From: Candidatus Margulisiibacteriota bacterium
GTDB taxonomy: Bacteria; Margulisbacteria; WOR-1; O2-12-FULL-45-9
Direction of reading: 5' to 3'
DNA length: 64,000 nucleotides
Assembly: GCA_034723395.1 (NCBI GenBank)
Contig: JAYEOW010000004.1
Span: 32,001 to 96,000 of the forward strand
A model generated the notes under the pieces. That model worked only from the letters and a program-made list of their open reading frames with translations. It was not told the DNA's origin and did no database searches. This document shows positions 29,224-39,333 of the stretch, piece after piece. Made by a program: the position numbers and the translations under genes. Positions within the stretch are counted from its first letter, which is position 1; each line of letters opens with the position of its first letter.

Positions 29224-30390
29224 ATGAAATCACAAGTCGCCATCGTCGAATGCCCCGATTACAATCAGGATAAAGTTGACGCTGCAGTTAAAGATGGTCT
29301 TCAATTGATCGGCGGTCTCGATAAATTTATTAAACCCGGCCAAAAGGTTCTATTAAAAGTCAATGCCTTAATGGATTCATTCCCGGAAGCCGCCGCCACC
29401 ACCCACCCCGCGCTAGTTTCTGCCTTGACCAAAGAAATTGGTAAAATCGGAGCAAGTGCCTTTGTGGGCGACAGCCCGGGGAATGCGTCCGCTAACATCG
29501 CGAAAACAATGGAAAAAGCGGGCTTTACCAAAGCGGTCGAAGAGGCCGGCGGCGGTATATTGAACTTTCAACGCGCAAAAATCGTTGATATTAAAAGTCC
29601 CAGCAATAATAAAAGGATCAAAAAGGTTAAAATATGCCAGGCAGTTTTGGACGCGGATGTGATCATAAATCTGCCAAAGTTAAAAACCCACGGCTGGACC
29701 CTCTTTACCGGTGCGATTAAAAATATGTTCGGGATCGTCCCCGGGTTTTTTAAATCTAAATATCATATCATCGCTCCGCAACCGCATGAATTCTCAGAAT
29801 CATTGGTCGACATCCTAGAGGTCACTAAGCCAACATTAAATATTATGGATGGGATTATCGGCATGGAAGGGCCCGGCCCATCATCCGGACAACCGAGATC
29901 AATGGGAGCCCTCTTCTTTTCGGAAGATGCAGTGGCAATGGATGCGGTCTGCTCTGAAGCAATAAACTATCGTCCTTTTGATATCGATACTACCAAAATT
30001 GCCCATCGGCGAGGGCTGGGAACCGGTGATTTGAAAGAAATTGAGATTGTGGGATCCCCGCTGGAAGCTATAAAAAAATCTGACTGGAAACACGCCTCTA
30101 ATACTTATAGCTTGACCAAGCGGATCCCCAGCTGGCTCAATTGGATATTCAGGCCGGTAACAAAACTGCTCAGGATCGATCCGGTAATTGATCAGGAGAA
30201 ATGCGAAAAATGCCTGATCTGCGTTGAAAATTGTCCGGCAAAAACGATCCATTTTGAAAATAATATCGTAAAAATAGACCTTAAAAATTGTATTATGTGC
30301 TACTGCTGCTCCGAACTCTGCCCTTACAAAGCGATCAAATTAAAAAGAAGCTGGCTGACAAAAAAGATGGGATTCCCGGCTCCAGAATAA
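29224..30390 (+). CDS. DUF362 protein with C-terminal 2x[4Fe-4S] ferredoxin
   Basis: VLLKVN..TTHP, INLPKLKTH, TGAIKN, MEGPGP; CEKCLICVENCP and CIMCYCCSELCP. Confidence 0.9.
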   Translation: MKSQVAIVECPDYNQDKVDAAVKDGLQLIGGLDKFIKPGQKVLLKVNALMDSFPEAAATTHPALVSALTKEIGKIGASAFVGDSPGNASANIAKTMEKAGFTKAVEEAGGGILNFQRAKIVDIKSPSNNKRIKKVKICQAVLDADVIINLPKLKTHGWTLFTGAIKNMFGIVPGFFKSKYHIIAPQPHEFSESLVDILEVTKPTLNIMDGIIGMEGPGPSSGQPRSMGALFFSEDAVAMDAVCSEAINYRPFDIDTTKIAHRRGLGTGDLKEIEIVGSPLEAIKKSDWKHASNTYSLTKRIPSWLNWIFRPVTKLLRIDPVIDQEKCEKCLICVENCPAKTIHFENNIVKIDLKNCIMCYCCSELCPYKAIKLKRSWLTKKMGFPAPE

Positions 30391-30442
30391 GCCATTCTAC
30401 TTTAGAATTGATGCCAGATCTGCTATAATTTCAGCTTCAGCA

Positions 30443-31543
30443 ATGCCAAAATATGACATTATCATTGTCGCCAACAGTCCTGGAGAGCTCTCCGCGCTGG
30501 TAAAGCCGGTAGCCGAAACCCTGCATAAAAAAATAGAGGACGCCCGGCTAATCCTGGTCCTAACCCCCTGCCAGTACACCAGCGGGAAAGAGATCGAATA
30601 TATAAAAACGATCCGCGGAATATCTGGAGTCATCCCTCAAGAAGAATATTCTAAGTGGATCTTACGTAGCAATAAGCCGAAAATAAATTTTAATGCGAAG
30701 GGCATCGTACTCTATCTTGGCGGCGACCTCGCCCACGCTATTTTAGTTTCGAAAAAAGTTAAATATCCTGCCTACGCTTATGTTCAGGACCGCACCGGAT
30801 GGAATGGATCGTATAAAAAGTTCTTTATCCCGGATGCAAAGGCCAAAAAGAAGCTGAAGTTAAAAAAGAAAGTGAAGATTGTCGGTGATCTTATGGTAGA
30901 TTCGATCGAGACCATGAAAAAATGGGCACCCAAGAAAAACGTGATCACCTTTCTCCCCGGCAGCCGCAGCTGGCAGATAAACCATACTACACCGATCTAT
31001 AAAAAGATTATCGAACATATCAGGGCAGAAATGCCGCAGATCAATTTCCAACTGGTCAGCTCCCCGTTTATAAAAGCTAGGCCGATCAAAGGGGTAAAAA
31101 GAGTCGGGCTGGATGAGGTTTACAACTCGGAGCTGGTGATTACAATTCCAGGGACAAATACGGCGCGCTTAGCCGCGCTGGGAATGCCGATGTTGGTTGT
31201 CTTCCCATTAGATAATTCAGATATTATCCCGCTTGAAGGATTGCCGCATTATATCGGAAAAATCCCTTACATTGGATTGAAATTTAAAAGGGCGCTGATC
31301 GATACGTTAAACAAAAAGATCAAATACTTCGCCTTGCCGAATATGAAAGCAGACCGGGAGATCACCCCCGAGATCCGGGGAGTTGTCGATCCGGCGATCG
31401 TCGCCTTAAAAGCAATCGCATTATTGAAAGATTATGACCAGAGAAAGAAGATGTCGGAAGACCTTAAAAAGGCGATGGGAAAACCAGGCGCGGCAGAAAA
31501 AATAGCGGAGGAGATAGATGAGGCTTTACGCAAAACTGCTTAA
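30443..31543 (+). CDS. Lipid-A-disaccharide synthase (LpxB)-like glycosyltransferase
   Basis: NSPGE, VGDLMVD, FLPGSR, PGTNTA..ALGMPM, FALPN; next to msbA. Confidence 0.7.
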   Translation: MPKYDIIIVANSPGELSALVKPVAETLHKKIEDARLILVLTPCQYTSGKEIEYIKTIRGISGVIPQEEYSKWILRSNKPKINFNAKGIVLYLGGDLAHAILVSKKVKYPAYAYVQDRTGWNGSYKKFFIPDAKAKKKLKLKKKVKIVGDLMVDSIETMKKWAPKKNVITFLPGSRSWQINHTTPIYKKIIEHIRAEMPQINFQLVSSPFIKARPIKGVKRVGLDEVYNSELVITIPGTNTARLAALGMPMLVVFPLDNSDIIPLEGLPHYIGKIPYIGLKFKRALIDTLNKKIKYFALPNMKADREITPEIRGVVDPAIVALKAIALLKDYDQRKKMSEDLKKAMGKPGAAEKIAEEIDEALRKTA

Positions 31544-33308
31544 ACATTTAAGGCCATATATCCCGCAGGTTATCGGAGCAACAATCTGCACCGCCCTGGT
31601 GGCCGGATGTACGCTAATGATCGCCCCCTTAGCCGGCTATATTTTTAAGGTGATCGAGGAAAAAGAGGTCAGCATGCTCAATCTAGCCGCCCTGGGGATG
31701 ATCGGACTGTTTTTTTTAAAAGGGATTTTTACTTATGGGCAAGAATATCTATCTTACTTCGTTGTCCACCGGATAATTGTCGACCTTAGGAACCGTGTAT
31801 ACGAACATTTACAAGATTTATCGCTTGATTTTCATATGAAATGGAACACTGGAGAACTGGTCTCACGGGTAATGAACGATATCCAGATCCTTCAAACCAC
31901 CCTTTTCAGCAGTTTTGTCACTATTGTCCCCCACTCATTTCTCCTGACCGGGTTGATCGTTTACATCTTCTGGCTTAATTGGAGACTGGCGCTTTTAACT
32001 TTTATCGCATTCCCTCTGATCGTCCAGGTGATCCGTTATTTTGCTAAAGAGATCCGGGAGATCAGTGAAGGGATACAACAGAAAGCAGCCGACATTACTT
32101 CTCACCTCGAAGAAACCCTCTCTCAAATAAAGGTTGTTAAATCTTTTTCTATGGAACAGAAGGAGATCGACAAATTCAAAGGTGAGACCGAAAAATCGTT
32201 TAAAATAAATATGAAAGCGGTCCAGATCCTCGCCACCCAAAATCCGGTGGTAGCACTGCTGCAAACCACCGCGGTGGTTGCGATCGTTTGGTTTGGAGGG
32301 GTGGAAATAATTAACGGGAACCTTACCGTGCCGCAACTCATCTCATTTGCCACCGCTCTGGGGATCATGACCGATCCGGGGAATACTTTAAGCAAGGCAT
32401 ACAGTATCCTCCAGCAAGGGATGGCGTCGATCAAACGTATATTTGAAGTGATCGATATATCCCCAACGATAAAAGATGATAAAGGGGCCAGGGATATCGG
32501 GAAGATCAGCGGCCAGGTCGATTTTAAAAATCTCCATTTCGCCTATGAAAAAGACGAGGTATTGAAGGGGATCGACCTTTCGGTCTCCCCCGGCGAGATT
32601 GTTGCATTGGTCGGCCGTACCGGAGCGGGAAAAAGCACCCTGGTCAGCATGCTCTTCCGTTTCCACGATCCATCAAAGGGTGAAGTCTTAGTTGATGATA
32701 AGGATATCAGAAAAATAAAGATCGAATCGCTCCGTAAACAGATCGCGGTCGTACCGCAGGAGATCGCCCTCTTCCGCGGGACAATTAAGGATAACATTGC
32801 TTATGGAAAGGATAAGGCCGGTGATGACAAGATCATCAACGCAGCTAGATCAGCTAATGCCCATGATTTCATCAAAAAACTCCCGGATGGTTATGATACC
32901 GAAGTCGGCGAGCGCGGAACCAAGCTTTCCGGCGGGGAAAGACAGCGGATTGCGATCGCCCGTGCTATTCTTCGCGACCCTAGGATTTTAATTTTAGACG
33001 AGGCCACCTCTTCGCTGGATGCCGAGACTGAAGCGTTAATCCGGGATGCGTTAGAGAGGTTAATGCAAGGAAGAACTACCTTTATTATTGCTCACCGCCT
33101 TTATACCGTAGAAAAAGCTGACCGCATTGTCGTTTTGGAGAAAGGAAACATCGCTGAAAGCGGATCACACCAAGAGTTGTTAGGAAAAGATGGGCTCTAC
33201 AAGCGCCTTTACGAGATCTCCCGAGGTTCCGATTTCATCGGAGCTCGGGATCCCGCAACACATAATAATATAGATGATAAGGAAGCGGGACAATTCAAGA
33301 ATAAATAA
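31518..33308 (+). CDS. msbA: Lipid A ABC exporter MsbA-like
   Basis: TM domain plus GRTGAGKST, LSGGERQR, ILDEATS, AHRL; lipid A cluster context. Confidence 0.8.
   Translation: MRLYAKLLKHLRPYIPQVIGATICTALVAGCTLMIAPLAGYIFKVIEEKEVSMLNLAALGMIGLFFLKGIFTYGQEYLSYFVVHRIIVDLRNRVYEHLQDLSLDFHMKWNTGELVSRVMNDIQILQTTLFSSFVTIVPHSFLLTGLIVYIFWLNWRLALLTFIAFPLIVQVIRYFAKEIREISEGIQQKAADITSHLEETLSQIKVVKSFSMEQKEIDKFKGETEKSFKINMKAVQILATQNPVVALLQTTAVVAIVWFGGVEIINGNLTVPQLISFATALGIMTDPGNTLSKAYSILQQGMASIKRIFEVIDISPTIKDDKGARDIGKISGQVDFKNLHFAYEKDEVLKGIDLSVSPGEIVALVGRTGAGKSTLVSMLFRFHDPSKGEVLVDDKDIRKIKIESLRKQIAVVPQEIALFRGTIKDNIAYGKDKAGDDKIINAARSANAHDFIKKLPDGYDTEVGERGTKLSGGERQRIAIARAILRDPRILILDEATSSLDAETEALIRDALERLMQGRTTFIIAHRLYTVEKADRIVVLEKGNIAESGSHQELLGKDGLYKRLYEISRGSDFIGARDPATHNNIDDKEAGQFKNK
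33219..33290. repeat. Two adjacent TCCCG...CGGGA palindromic mini-elements in frame in msbA
   Basis: TCCCGAG..TCCGAT-ttc-ATCGGA.CTCGGGA (32 nt) plus TCCCGC...GCGGGA (40 nt). Confidence 0.75.
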
Positions 33309-34156
33309 TGGTCATTTTTTTAAATATTTTACAACTTATTTTTAGGATCATCTTTTTTCTTCCAGCAGGGATCGCCTTAGCGATAATGAATTTTTGCGCT
33401 CTCCTGACTTATTATGTTGTCCGCGTTACCCCGCTTAGAAAAAATACGGAAAATAATATTAAATTAGTCCTCCCTCATGCCGATTCAAGAACGATCGCAG
33501 ATAAACTATTAAAAAATACAAGTTATTCTATCTTTGAGATTCTTTGCATCCCCTTCTTTAAAAAAGAGCATTTTCACAAGAAAATCCGCTGGCATGGGGA
33601 ACGTCATTTAAAAAACGGAGCGATTATCCTTACTATGCATGCCGGGAATTATGAATTAATCCCCTCTGCACTTGCACACCTAGGGCATAAAACAACCACT
33701 GTGCTGCGGGCAACTGATGATCCACTTTTTAAGATCGTTAATCGTAGTCGTAGCCATGGCGGTGCAAAATTAATTAACACCCTTGAAGAAGATATGTATA
33801 AAGGATCATTAAAGGCATTAAGCGAGGGGGAGCTTGTTTTTCTTCTGGCAGATACCGGAGCACTTGAAAGCCGCCACGAATTTTTTGACTTTCTCGGCAA
33901 AAAGGTTCCCGTGGCCACCGGATGGTTAACCTTAGCACAGCGTGCTGGTTGCCCGGTTATCCCTACCCTTACTGGGAGAGAAAACGGCAAAAATTTAATC
34001 GCCTTTTTTGATCCAATTTATATTACCAAAGAAAACCGTGAAGCTATGATGGAAAAAACAGCAAAAGTTTTTGAAGATTTTATTAAAGCCAATCCCGAAA
34101 GCTGGGCGCTATTTCTTAACACCTATGAAACAAAAAGGATGGTGGAGGGAAAATGA
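33308..34156 (+). CDS. Lipid A acyltransferase (LpxL/HtrB family)
   Basis: HAGNYE, LLAD, FFDFLGK, LAQRAGCPVIP, IKANPESW. Confidence 0.8.
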   Translation: MVIFLNILQLIFRIIFFLPAGIALAIMNFCALLTYYVVRVTPLRKNTENNIKLVLPHADSRTIADKLLKNTSYSIFEILCIPFFKKEHFHKKIRWHGERHLKNGAIILTMHAGNYELIPSALAHLGHKTTTVLRATDDPLFKIVNRSRSHGGAKLINTLEEDMYKGSLKALSEGELVFLLADTGALESRHEFFDFLGKKVPVATGWLTLAQRAGCPVIPTLTGRENGKNLIAFFDPIYITKENREAMMEKTAKVFEDFIKANPESWALFLNTYETKRMVEGK

Positions 34157-35727
34157 TGGAAAATGAAATACCAAAAATAAAAAATAAAAATTATGGAATA
34201 ATTATTTTAATTATTTTGGCTAGTGTTCTTTTTCTTTTCCAATTGGGGTCTTTCTCCCTTTACGATGCGGCGGAAACAACTTACGGAGAATTCATCAAAC
34301 AGATCCATCTAACGGGTGATTGGATAACAATGCACTACAATGGGGAGATAATATTCGACAAACCTCCGCTCTATTTTTGGCTCGCCAGCCTGGCGACCCT
34401 CCTTTTTGGTTTTGGAGAATTCGCCATCCGCTTTCCGGCGGCCATCGCGGGAATATTTACAGTAGTTACCACCTATTTTCTTGGAAAAACGTTTTACAAT
34501 CAAAGGACCGGCTTCCTTTCGGCGATCATAGTAATGACCACTTTTCAATTCTTGATCCAATCACGCATTGCCGAGATCGACATTCTGCTCACCCTGCTGA
34601 TCACCCTCGCCTTCCTATTCTTTTGGTACGCTTATCAAAGCGGTAAAGCCTATTTCTATTGGCTTTTTTATGTAGTGATGGCCCTCGGATTGCTGGCCAA
34701 AGGGATTATCGGGATCGCTATCCCCGGTTTTGCCATATTTTTATTCTTACTTTTTAAAAAAGAATTGGGAAAAATATGGGAAATGCATATACCGGTGGGA
34801 ATTTTAATAACGCTATTGATTGGAGCCCCTTGGTATATCGCCGAAGGCTACTTGCATGGCAAAGTATTTCTCGACTTTGTTATCGGGTTTTTATTTATGT
34901 CGCGTTTTGGCGGAGTGGTCGCCGGCCATCCCGGCCCGTGGTTCTATTATTTCCTGGCACTATTGCTCGGCTTTGCCCCCTGGTCTCATTTCCTCCCCTA
35001 TGCTTTCGTTAGAACATTTAGAAAATGGCAAGAGTCACCGGCGCTTCTATCGCTCTGCTTTATTATTCCAGTATTAATTATTTTTTCAATAGCTAAAACC
35101 AAACTACCAAACTACATTTTCCCTCTCTATCCCTTTCTTGCGATCATGGTCGGAAAACTTTGGGATGATTTCCTAGGAGAAGAGCGGGACAAGATGCGTT
35201 CGGGAATGTCTCTCGCCTATATTATCTTCGGCATCATCGTCGCACTGTTAATTATCGGATTTACTATCCTGGGAACCTCAAATTATTCAGTTGAATACCA
35301 TGAATTACTCCCCAGCCTCTCTCTTCTCGGGGGGATATTGGTTGGAAGCGCAATCTTTTCATTCGGACTATACATTTTCCAGCAATATAAACTTTCATTC
35401 GCACTTATTCCAATCATGCTTTTTGCCATAACCTTTATTCTAACCACCCAAACCCTCCCTTTTGTTGAAAGGTTTAAAGGATCAAAGGATTTAGGGCAAA
35501 AGGTAAATGAGTCTATTGAAAAGAATGAATATATCGCAGCTTATAAGATCGGGAACCGTCCTAGTGTTGTTTACTACAACTTAAAACCGGTTGTTTTCCT
35601 AGAAAACGAAGAGCAAGCTAAATTGTTCCTTAAAAATAAAAGTGGATATCTTTTTACAACCGAGAAAGAATTAAAAAAACATGGAAAAGTGTTTGCAGAA
35701 AAAGGTAAATTGATCGTAATCAGATGA
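34153..35727 (+). CDS. ArnT/PMT-family (GT83) polyprenyl-phosphate-sugar transferase
   Basis: FDKPPLYFW, AIRFPAA, LAKG, PW, KTKLPNYIFP; multi-TM. Confidence 0.9.
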   Translation: MMENEIPKIKNKNYGIIILIILASVLFLFQLGSFSLYDAAETTYGEFIKQIHLTGDWITMHYNGEIIFDKPPLYFWLASLATLLFGFGEFAIRFPAAIAGIFTVVTTYFLGKTFYNQRTGFLSAIIVMTTFQFLIQSRIAEIDILLTLLITLAFLFFWYAYQSGKAYFYWLFYVVMALGLLAKGIIGIAIPGFAIFLFLLFKKELGKIWEMHIPVGILITLLIGAPWYIAEGYLHGKVFLDFVIGFLFMSRFGGVVAGHPGPWFYYFLALLLGFAPWSHFLPYAFVRTFRKWQESPALLSLCFIIPVLIIFSIAKTKLPNYIFPLYPFLAIMVGKLWDDFLGEERDKMRSGMSLAYIIFGIIVALLIIGFTILGTSNYSVEYHELLPSLSLLGGILVGSAIFSFGLYIFQQYKLSFALIPIMLFAITFILTTQTLPFVERFKGSKDLGQKVNESIEKNEYIAAYKIGNRPSVVYYNLKPVVFLENEEQAKLFLKNKSGYLFTTEKELKKHGKVFAEKGKLIVIR

Positions 35728-36476
35728 AAACCTACCTGGTCATACCGACCTATAACGAAGCGGGGAATATCGAAGCGCTGTTAAAAGAGATCAGAGCGCA
35801 AAATATTCCAGATTTAACACCAGTCGTAGTCGACGACAATTCGCCCGATGGGACAGCTAAGCTTGCCGAAAAGGATGCAAAGGTAATTCTTCGCACAAAA
35901 GATCGCGGTAGAGGGTCGGCCGGGATTGAAGGTTTTAAGTACGCTCTCAAGGAAGGAGCGGACTATATCATCGAAATGGATGCCGACTTTTCCCATCATC
36001 CGAAATATTTGAAAGATTTGATCAAGCCGATGGATAAATACGACATTGTTTTAGGCTCACGTTTTGTAGAGGGCGGAAAAGATCTCGACCGGGGAATTGC
36101 CCGAAAAGTGGTCACGACCTTTGCCAGGAATTATATCAAATGGATGTTGGGCATAAAAATAAATGACATAACTTCGGGTTACCGATGTTTTAGAAGGAAA
36201 GTTTTGGAAGCGATAGATCTCGATCATATGATCTCAACCGGGCCGTCTATCGTAAGCGAAATCCTCTACAAAGCCTCGCTTAAAGGGTTTAAAATATATG
36301 AGGCCCCGATTATATTCGAGGATCGTAAAACGGGGGAAACTAAACTAAATTTTAAGATCCTTCTAAAGACCTTATATATGATCTATAAATTTAGAAAAGC
36401 TTGGCCCGACGCTAAAAGCGTCGGTTCCAAAAAAGAAAAGGAACCGACAATTTCATTGTCGGGACAAACAAAGTAA
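35724..36476 (+). CDS. Polyprenol-monophosphate sugar synthase (GT2, DPM1-like)
   Basis: IPTYNE, VDDNSPDGT, EMDADFSH, GSRF, DITSGYR. Confidence 0.9.
   Translation: MKTYLVIPTYNEAGNIEALLKEIRAQNIPDLTPVVVDDNSPDGTAKLAEKDAKVILRTKDRGRGSAGIEGFKYALKEGADYIIEMDADFSHHPKYLKDLIKPMDKYDIVLGSRFVEGGKDLDRGIARKVVTTFARNYIKWMLGIKINDITSGYRCFRRKVLEAIDLDHMISTGPSIVSEILYKASLKGFKIYEAPIIFEDRKTGETKLNFKILLKTLYMIYKFRKAWPDAKSVGSKKEKEPTISLSGQTK
36405..36464. repeat. Three-hairpin palindromic element in frame at the GT2 C-terminus
   Basis: CCGACGCT-aaa-AGCGTCGG, TTCC..GGAA, CCGACAAT-ttc-ATTGTCGG. Confidence 0.75.
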
Positions 36477-37552
36477 TGAAAAAATTCCTTTTTATCTCCA
36501 ACGGCCATGGAGAAGACCTGGTAGCAGCCGAGATGATCAAAAAACTCGAAGGCAGGGTAGAAATGTCGGTCCTCCCCGTAGTTGGAGAAGGAAAAGCTTT
36601 TAACGGACTTAAAGTAAACATTCTTGGGCCGCGAAAAGAGCTCCCCAGCGGGGGCTTTTCACTGCGTAATATAAAATATTTGGCCAGCGACCTTTTTTAC
36701 GGCCTGCTGGGAAATACCGTCAACCAGGTAAAGATCCTTAGAAAATATAAAGGCAAATTCGACCAGGTTATCGCCGTTGGGGATATTGTTTCGATGATCG
36801 GCGCTAAAATGGTAAAGTCCCCTTTTGTCTTTGTCGGGGTTAATAAATCGAGTTATTACAAGTCGTTCGGTCATGATTATACCCCCTGGGAGAAATTTCT
36901 CTTGAAAGACCATGCATTAAAAGTTTTTGTCCGCGATAAATTCAGCGAACAGCGGTTGCGCACCCACGGGATCAAGATCCCGCAGGCAGTCTATGTAGGA
37001 AATCCTCTAATGGATTGCATTGGTAATACGGTAGTTCGTAGTGCAGGAAAATCTAATACGGTTACGATCGGCTTTCTCCCCGGCACTCGTGAAGACGCGC
37101 GCTTAAACCTTGAAGATTTTAAGGAAATAATCGAAGAGATCATCAAAATGAATAGAGAAGAGATCGAATTTAAATTCTTGGTCGCGACCAAAGAGAAAAA
37201 CGTTCCGATCTATATGGAGAACAGGCCTTTCGCCGAAGTTCTTGCAGAATCCGATTTAATCGTCGGACTTTCCGGAACAGGCAATGAACAAGCGGCTGGA
37301 TCTGGAATCCCGATCGTCTCTTTTTATGGAAGAGGCTCACAGTACACCAAGAAATTTGGCGAAGCACAAAAACAACTTCTCGGTGAGTCACTCTCTCTAG
37401 TCAGAAACCAGGACCCGATCCCAGTCGCCGCCGAAGTTTGGGAATTACTGCATAACCCTACTCGTATGAAATACATGGGGAAGAAAGGGAGAGAGCGAAT
37501 GGGAAGCCCCGGCGCGGTAAAAAAGATCTCAGAGTTCTTACTTATTATCTAA
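36476..37552 (+). CDS. Lipid-A-disaccharide synthase-related protein (second LpxB-like)
   Basis: ISNGHGED, LPSGGF, AVGD, VGNPLMD, LPGTR, GTGNEQAAG.G.P. Confidence 0.8.
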   Translation: MKKFLFISNGHGEDLVAAEMIKKLEGRVEMSVLPVVGEGKAFNGLKVNILGPRKELPSGGFSLRNIKYLASDLFYGLLGNTVNQVKILRKYKGKFDQVIAVGDIVSMIGAKMVKSPFVFVGVNKSSYYKSFGHDYTPWEKFLLKDHALKVFVRDKFSEQRLRTHGIKIPQAVYVGNPLMDCIGNTVVRSAGKSNTVTIGFLPGTREDARLNLEDFKEIIEEIIKMNREEIEFKFLVATKEKNVPIYMENRPFAEVLAESDLIVGLSGTGNEQAAGSGIPIVSFYGRGSQYTKKFGEAQKQLLGESLSLVRNQDPIPVAAEVWELLHNPTRMKYMGKKGRERMGSPGAVKKISEFLLII

Positions 37553-38643
37553 TGAAAATCGTCTGGATCATGCCTTCAAAAAGGATCGGTGGCGGCGTTC
37601 GGGTGATCTTTGAATACGGTAACCGGTTAACCGACCTTGGACATGAAGTAATCCACATCGCCCCCTTCGAACAGTTCCCCTACCCGCTCAACTGGTTTAA
37701 GCGATTAGAGCTTAAATTAAGAGAGAAGATTTATTACAAATTAAAGCTCGGGAAAACAAAACCTTTTGAATCAAAACCGAGCTGGTTTCCGTTAAAAGCA
37801 AAACTGATAGAAGTACCGGACCTCTCGGCAAAATATATACCTGATGCAGATATAGTTATCGCTACCGCGTGGGACACGGTGGAATGGGTAAATACCTACC
37901 CTGCTTCCAAGGGGAGTAAGTTCTATTTTGTTCAACATTATGAAACCTGGGCGGGCCCTAAAAAAAGGGTCGATCAAACCTACAAACTAGCATTTAAAAA
38001 GATCACTATCGCCTCCTGGCTGACAAAAAAGATGGAAGAGTTCGGCGAAAAAGTTTACGCTACCATCAATAACGGGATAAATCTAAAACAATTTTACAAT
38101 AATAACAAAAAGTATAATGGTCCCCGCCGGATCGGGATGCTCTACCATGGGGCGGAATGGAAAGGGATTAAAGATGGGCTGGAGGCCTTCTCGATTGCGC
38201 AAAAAAAGTTCCCGCAAGTAACATTAGTTATGTTTGGCGTCAAGAAAGAAGAGCGAAAGGTGCCGATCCCCGATTTTGTCGAGTTTTATCAAAATCCTCC
38301 TCAGGATAAAATAAGGGATATTTACTCTTCGCTCGACATTTTTCTCTCTCCCAGCTGGACCGAAGGCTTTGGGCTCCCCGCGATGGAGGCAATGGCCTGC
38401 AAATGCGCCGTAGTTTCGACCGATACCGGAGGAATCAACGACTTCACGATAGCGGGTAAAACTGCCCTCATCTCCCCTCCACGCAATCCGGAAGCGCTGG
38501 CCAAAAACCTTGTCGCTCTTCTAGAAAACGAGGAAAAATTAAAACAATTTTCCGAGGCAGGATTCGAACATATTAAAAATTTTAGCTGGGATAGAGCGGC
38601 TAAAAAACTCGAAGAGACCCTAAAAAACAACTACCGCAGGTAA
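37552..38643 (+). CDS. Glycosyltransferase family 4
   Basis: GGGVRVI, ATAWDT, EGFGLPAMEAMAC. Confidence 0.92.
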   Translation: MKIVWIMPSKRIGGGVRVIFEYGNRLTDLGHEVIHIAPFEQFPYPLNWFKRLELKLREKIYYKLKLGKTKPFESKPSWFPLKAKLIEVPDLSAKYIPDADIVIATAWDTVEWVNTYPASKGSKFYFVQHYETWAGPKKRVDQTYKLAFKKITIASWLTKKMEEFGEKVYATINNGINLKQFYNNNKKYNGPRRIGMLYHGAEWKGIKDGLEAFSIAQKKFPQVTLVMFGVKKEERKVPIPDFVEFYQNPPQDKIRDIYSSLDIFLSPSWTEGFGLPAMEAMACKCAVVSTDTGGINDFTIAGKTALISPPRNPEALAKNLVALLENEEKLKQFSEAGFEHIKNFSWDRAAKKLEETLKNNYRR

Positions 38644-39314
38644 TCTTTCCACTTCTCCTGGAAACGCTGGCCATTTTTAGTATACAATTCTTTCCAGTTT
38701 GGAAGCTTGCTTCCCGCGGTCCCCTTGCTCTTATGTTTGACTAATACTCTCTGATCGATATAAATATTCAGACCTGCCGCCCAGGTCTTAAAACAAAGAT
38801 CAAGATCTTCTCCCCCGGCGATCTCATAATCCTCTGAGAATCCGGAAAGTTCATCTTTTAGGATGGACAATTTCGAAAAAATTGCTACGCCTGAAGGGCA
38901 CTCTTTATTAAACGGCGGCAGTTTTATAATTTTTCTTCCCGGCCACCAGCGCTCGGCAATCTTCATCCCTTTTGTATAGCACGGATAGACTAAGCCAGAT
39001 TTAGGATCAGCAGAGAAGGTTTCGGACAACTTCTCAAACCAATTTTTTGGAAATTCGGTATCGTTATTACAGATCGCGATATATTCTCCAGAGGCTAAGG
39101 CCATCCCCTTATTAAAGCCATGCGCAAATCCCGTATTCTGATCAAAAAAGTGGTATTTGTCCGCGTTTTTCTTAATAAAGTCTTGAGTCCCGTCACTGCT
39201 CCCGTTATCAACCATGATCAGCTCGTGGGAAACCGATGTATTTTTCCTTATGCTCTCAACGAATTTCTTCGTCAGCTCCAATCCATCCCAAGTTAAAGTA
39301 ACAACACTTAACAT
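38631..39314 (-). CDS. Glycosyltransferase family 2
   Basis: [34 protein letters not shown]; start moved to 39314. Confidence 0.9.
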   Translation of the reverse strand: MLSVVTLTWDGLELTKKFVESIRKNTSVSHELIMVDNGSSDGTQDFIKKNADKYHFFDQNTGFAHGFNKGMALASGEYIAICNNDTEFPKNWFEKLSETFSADPKSGLVYPCYTKGMKIAERWWPGRKIIKLPPFNKECPSGVAIFSKLSILKDELSGFSEDYEIAGGEDLDLCFKTWAAGLNIYIDQRVLVKHKSKGTAGSKLPNWKELYTKNGQRFQEKWKDYLR

Positions 39315-39317
39315 TTC

Positions 39318-39333
39318 TGCTATAATTATAGCA
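39318..39333. promoter_or_regulatory. Palindromic bidirectional extended -10 promoter
   Basis: TGCTATAATTATAGCA is self-complementary and sits in the 18-bp gap between two divergent ATGs. Confidence 0.75.

Noticed and set aside
37022..37062. Possible octamer array in the second LpxB-like gene (TAATACGGT twice)
   Set aside because: Too degenerate to support by eye
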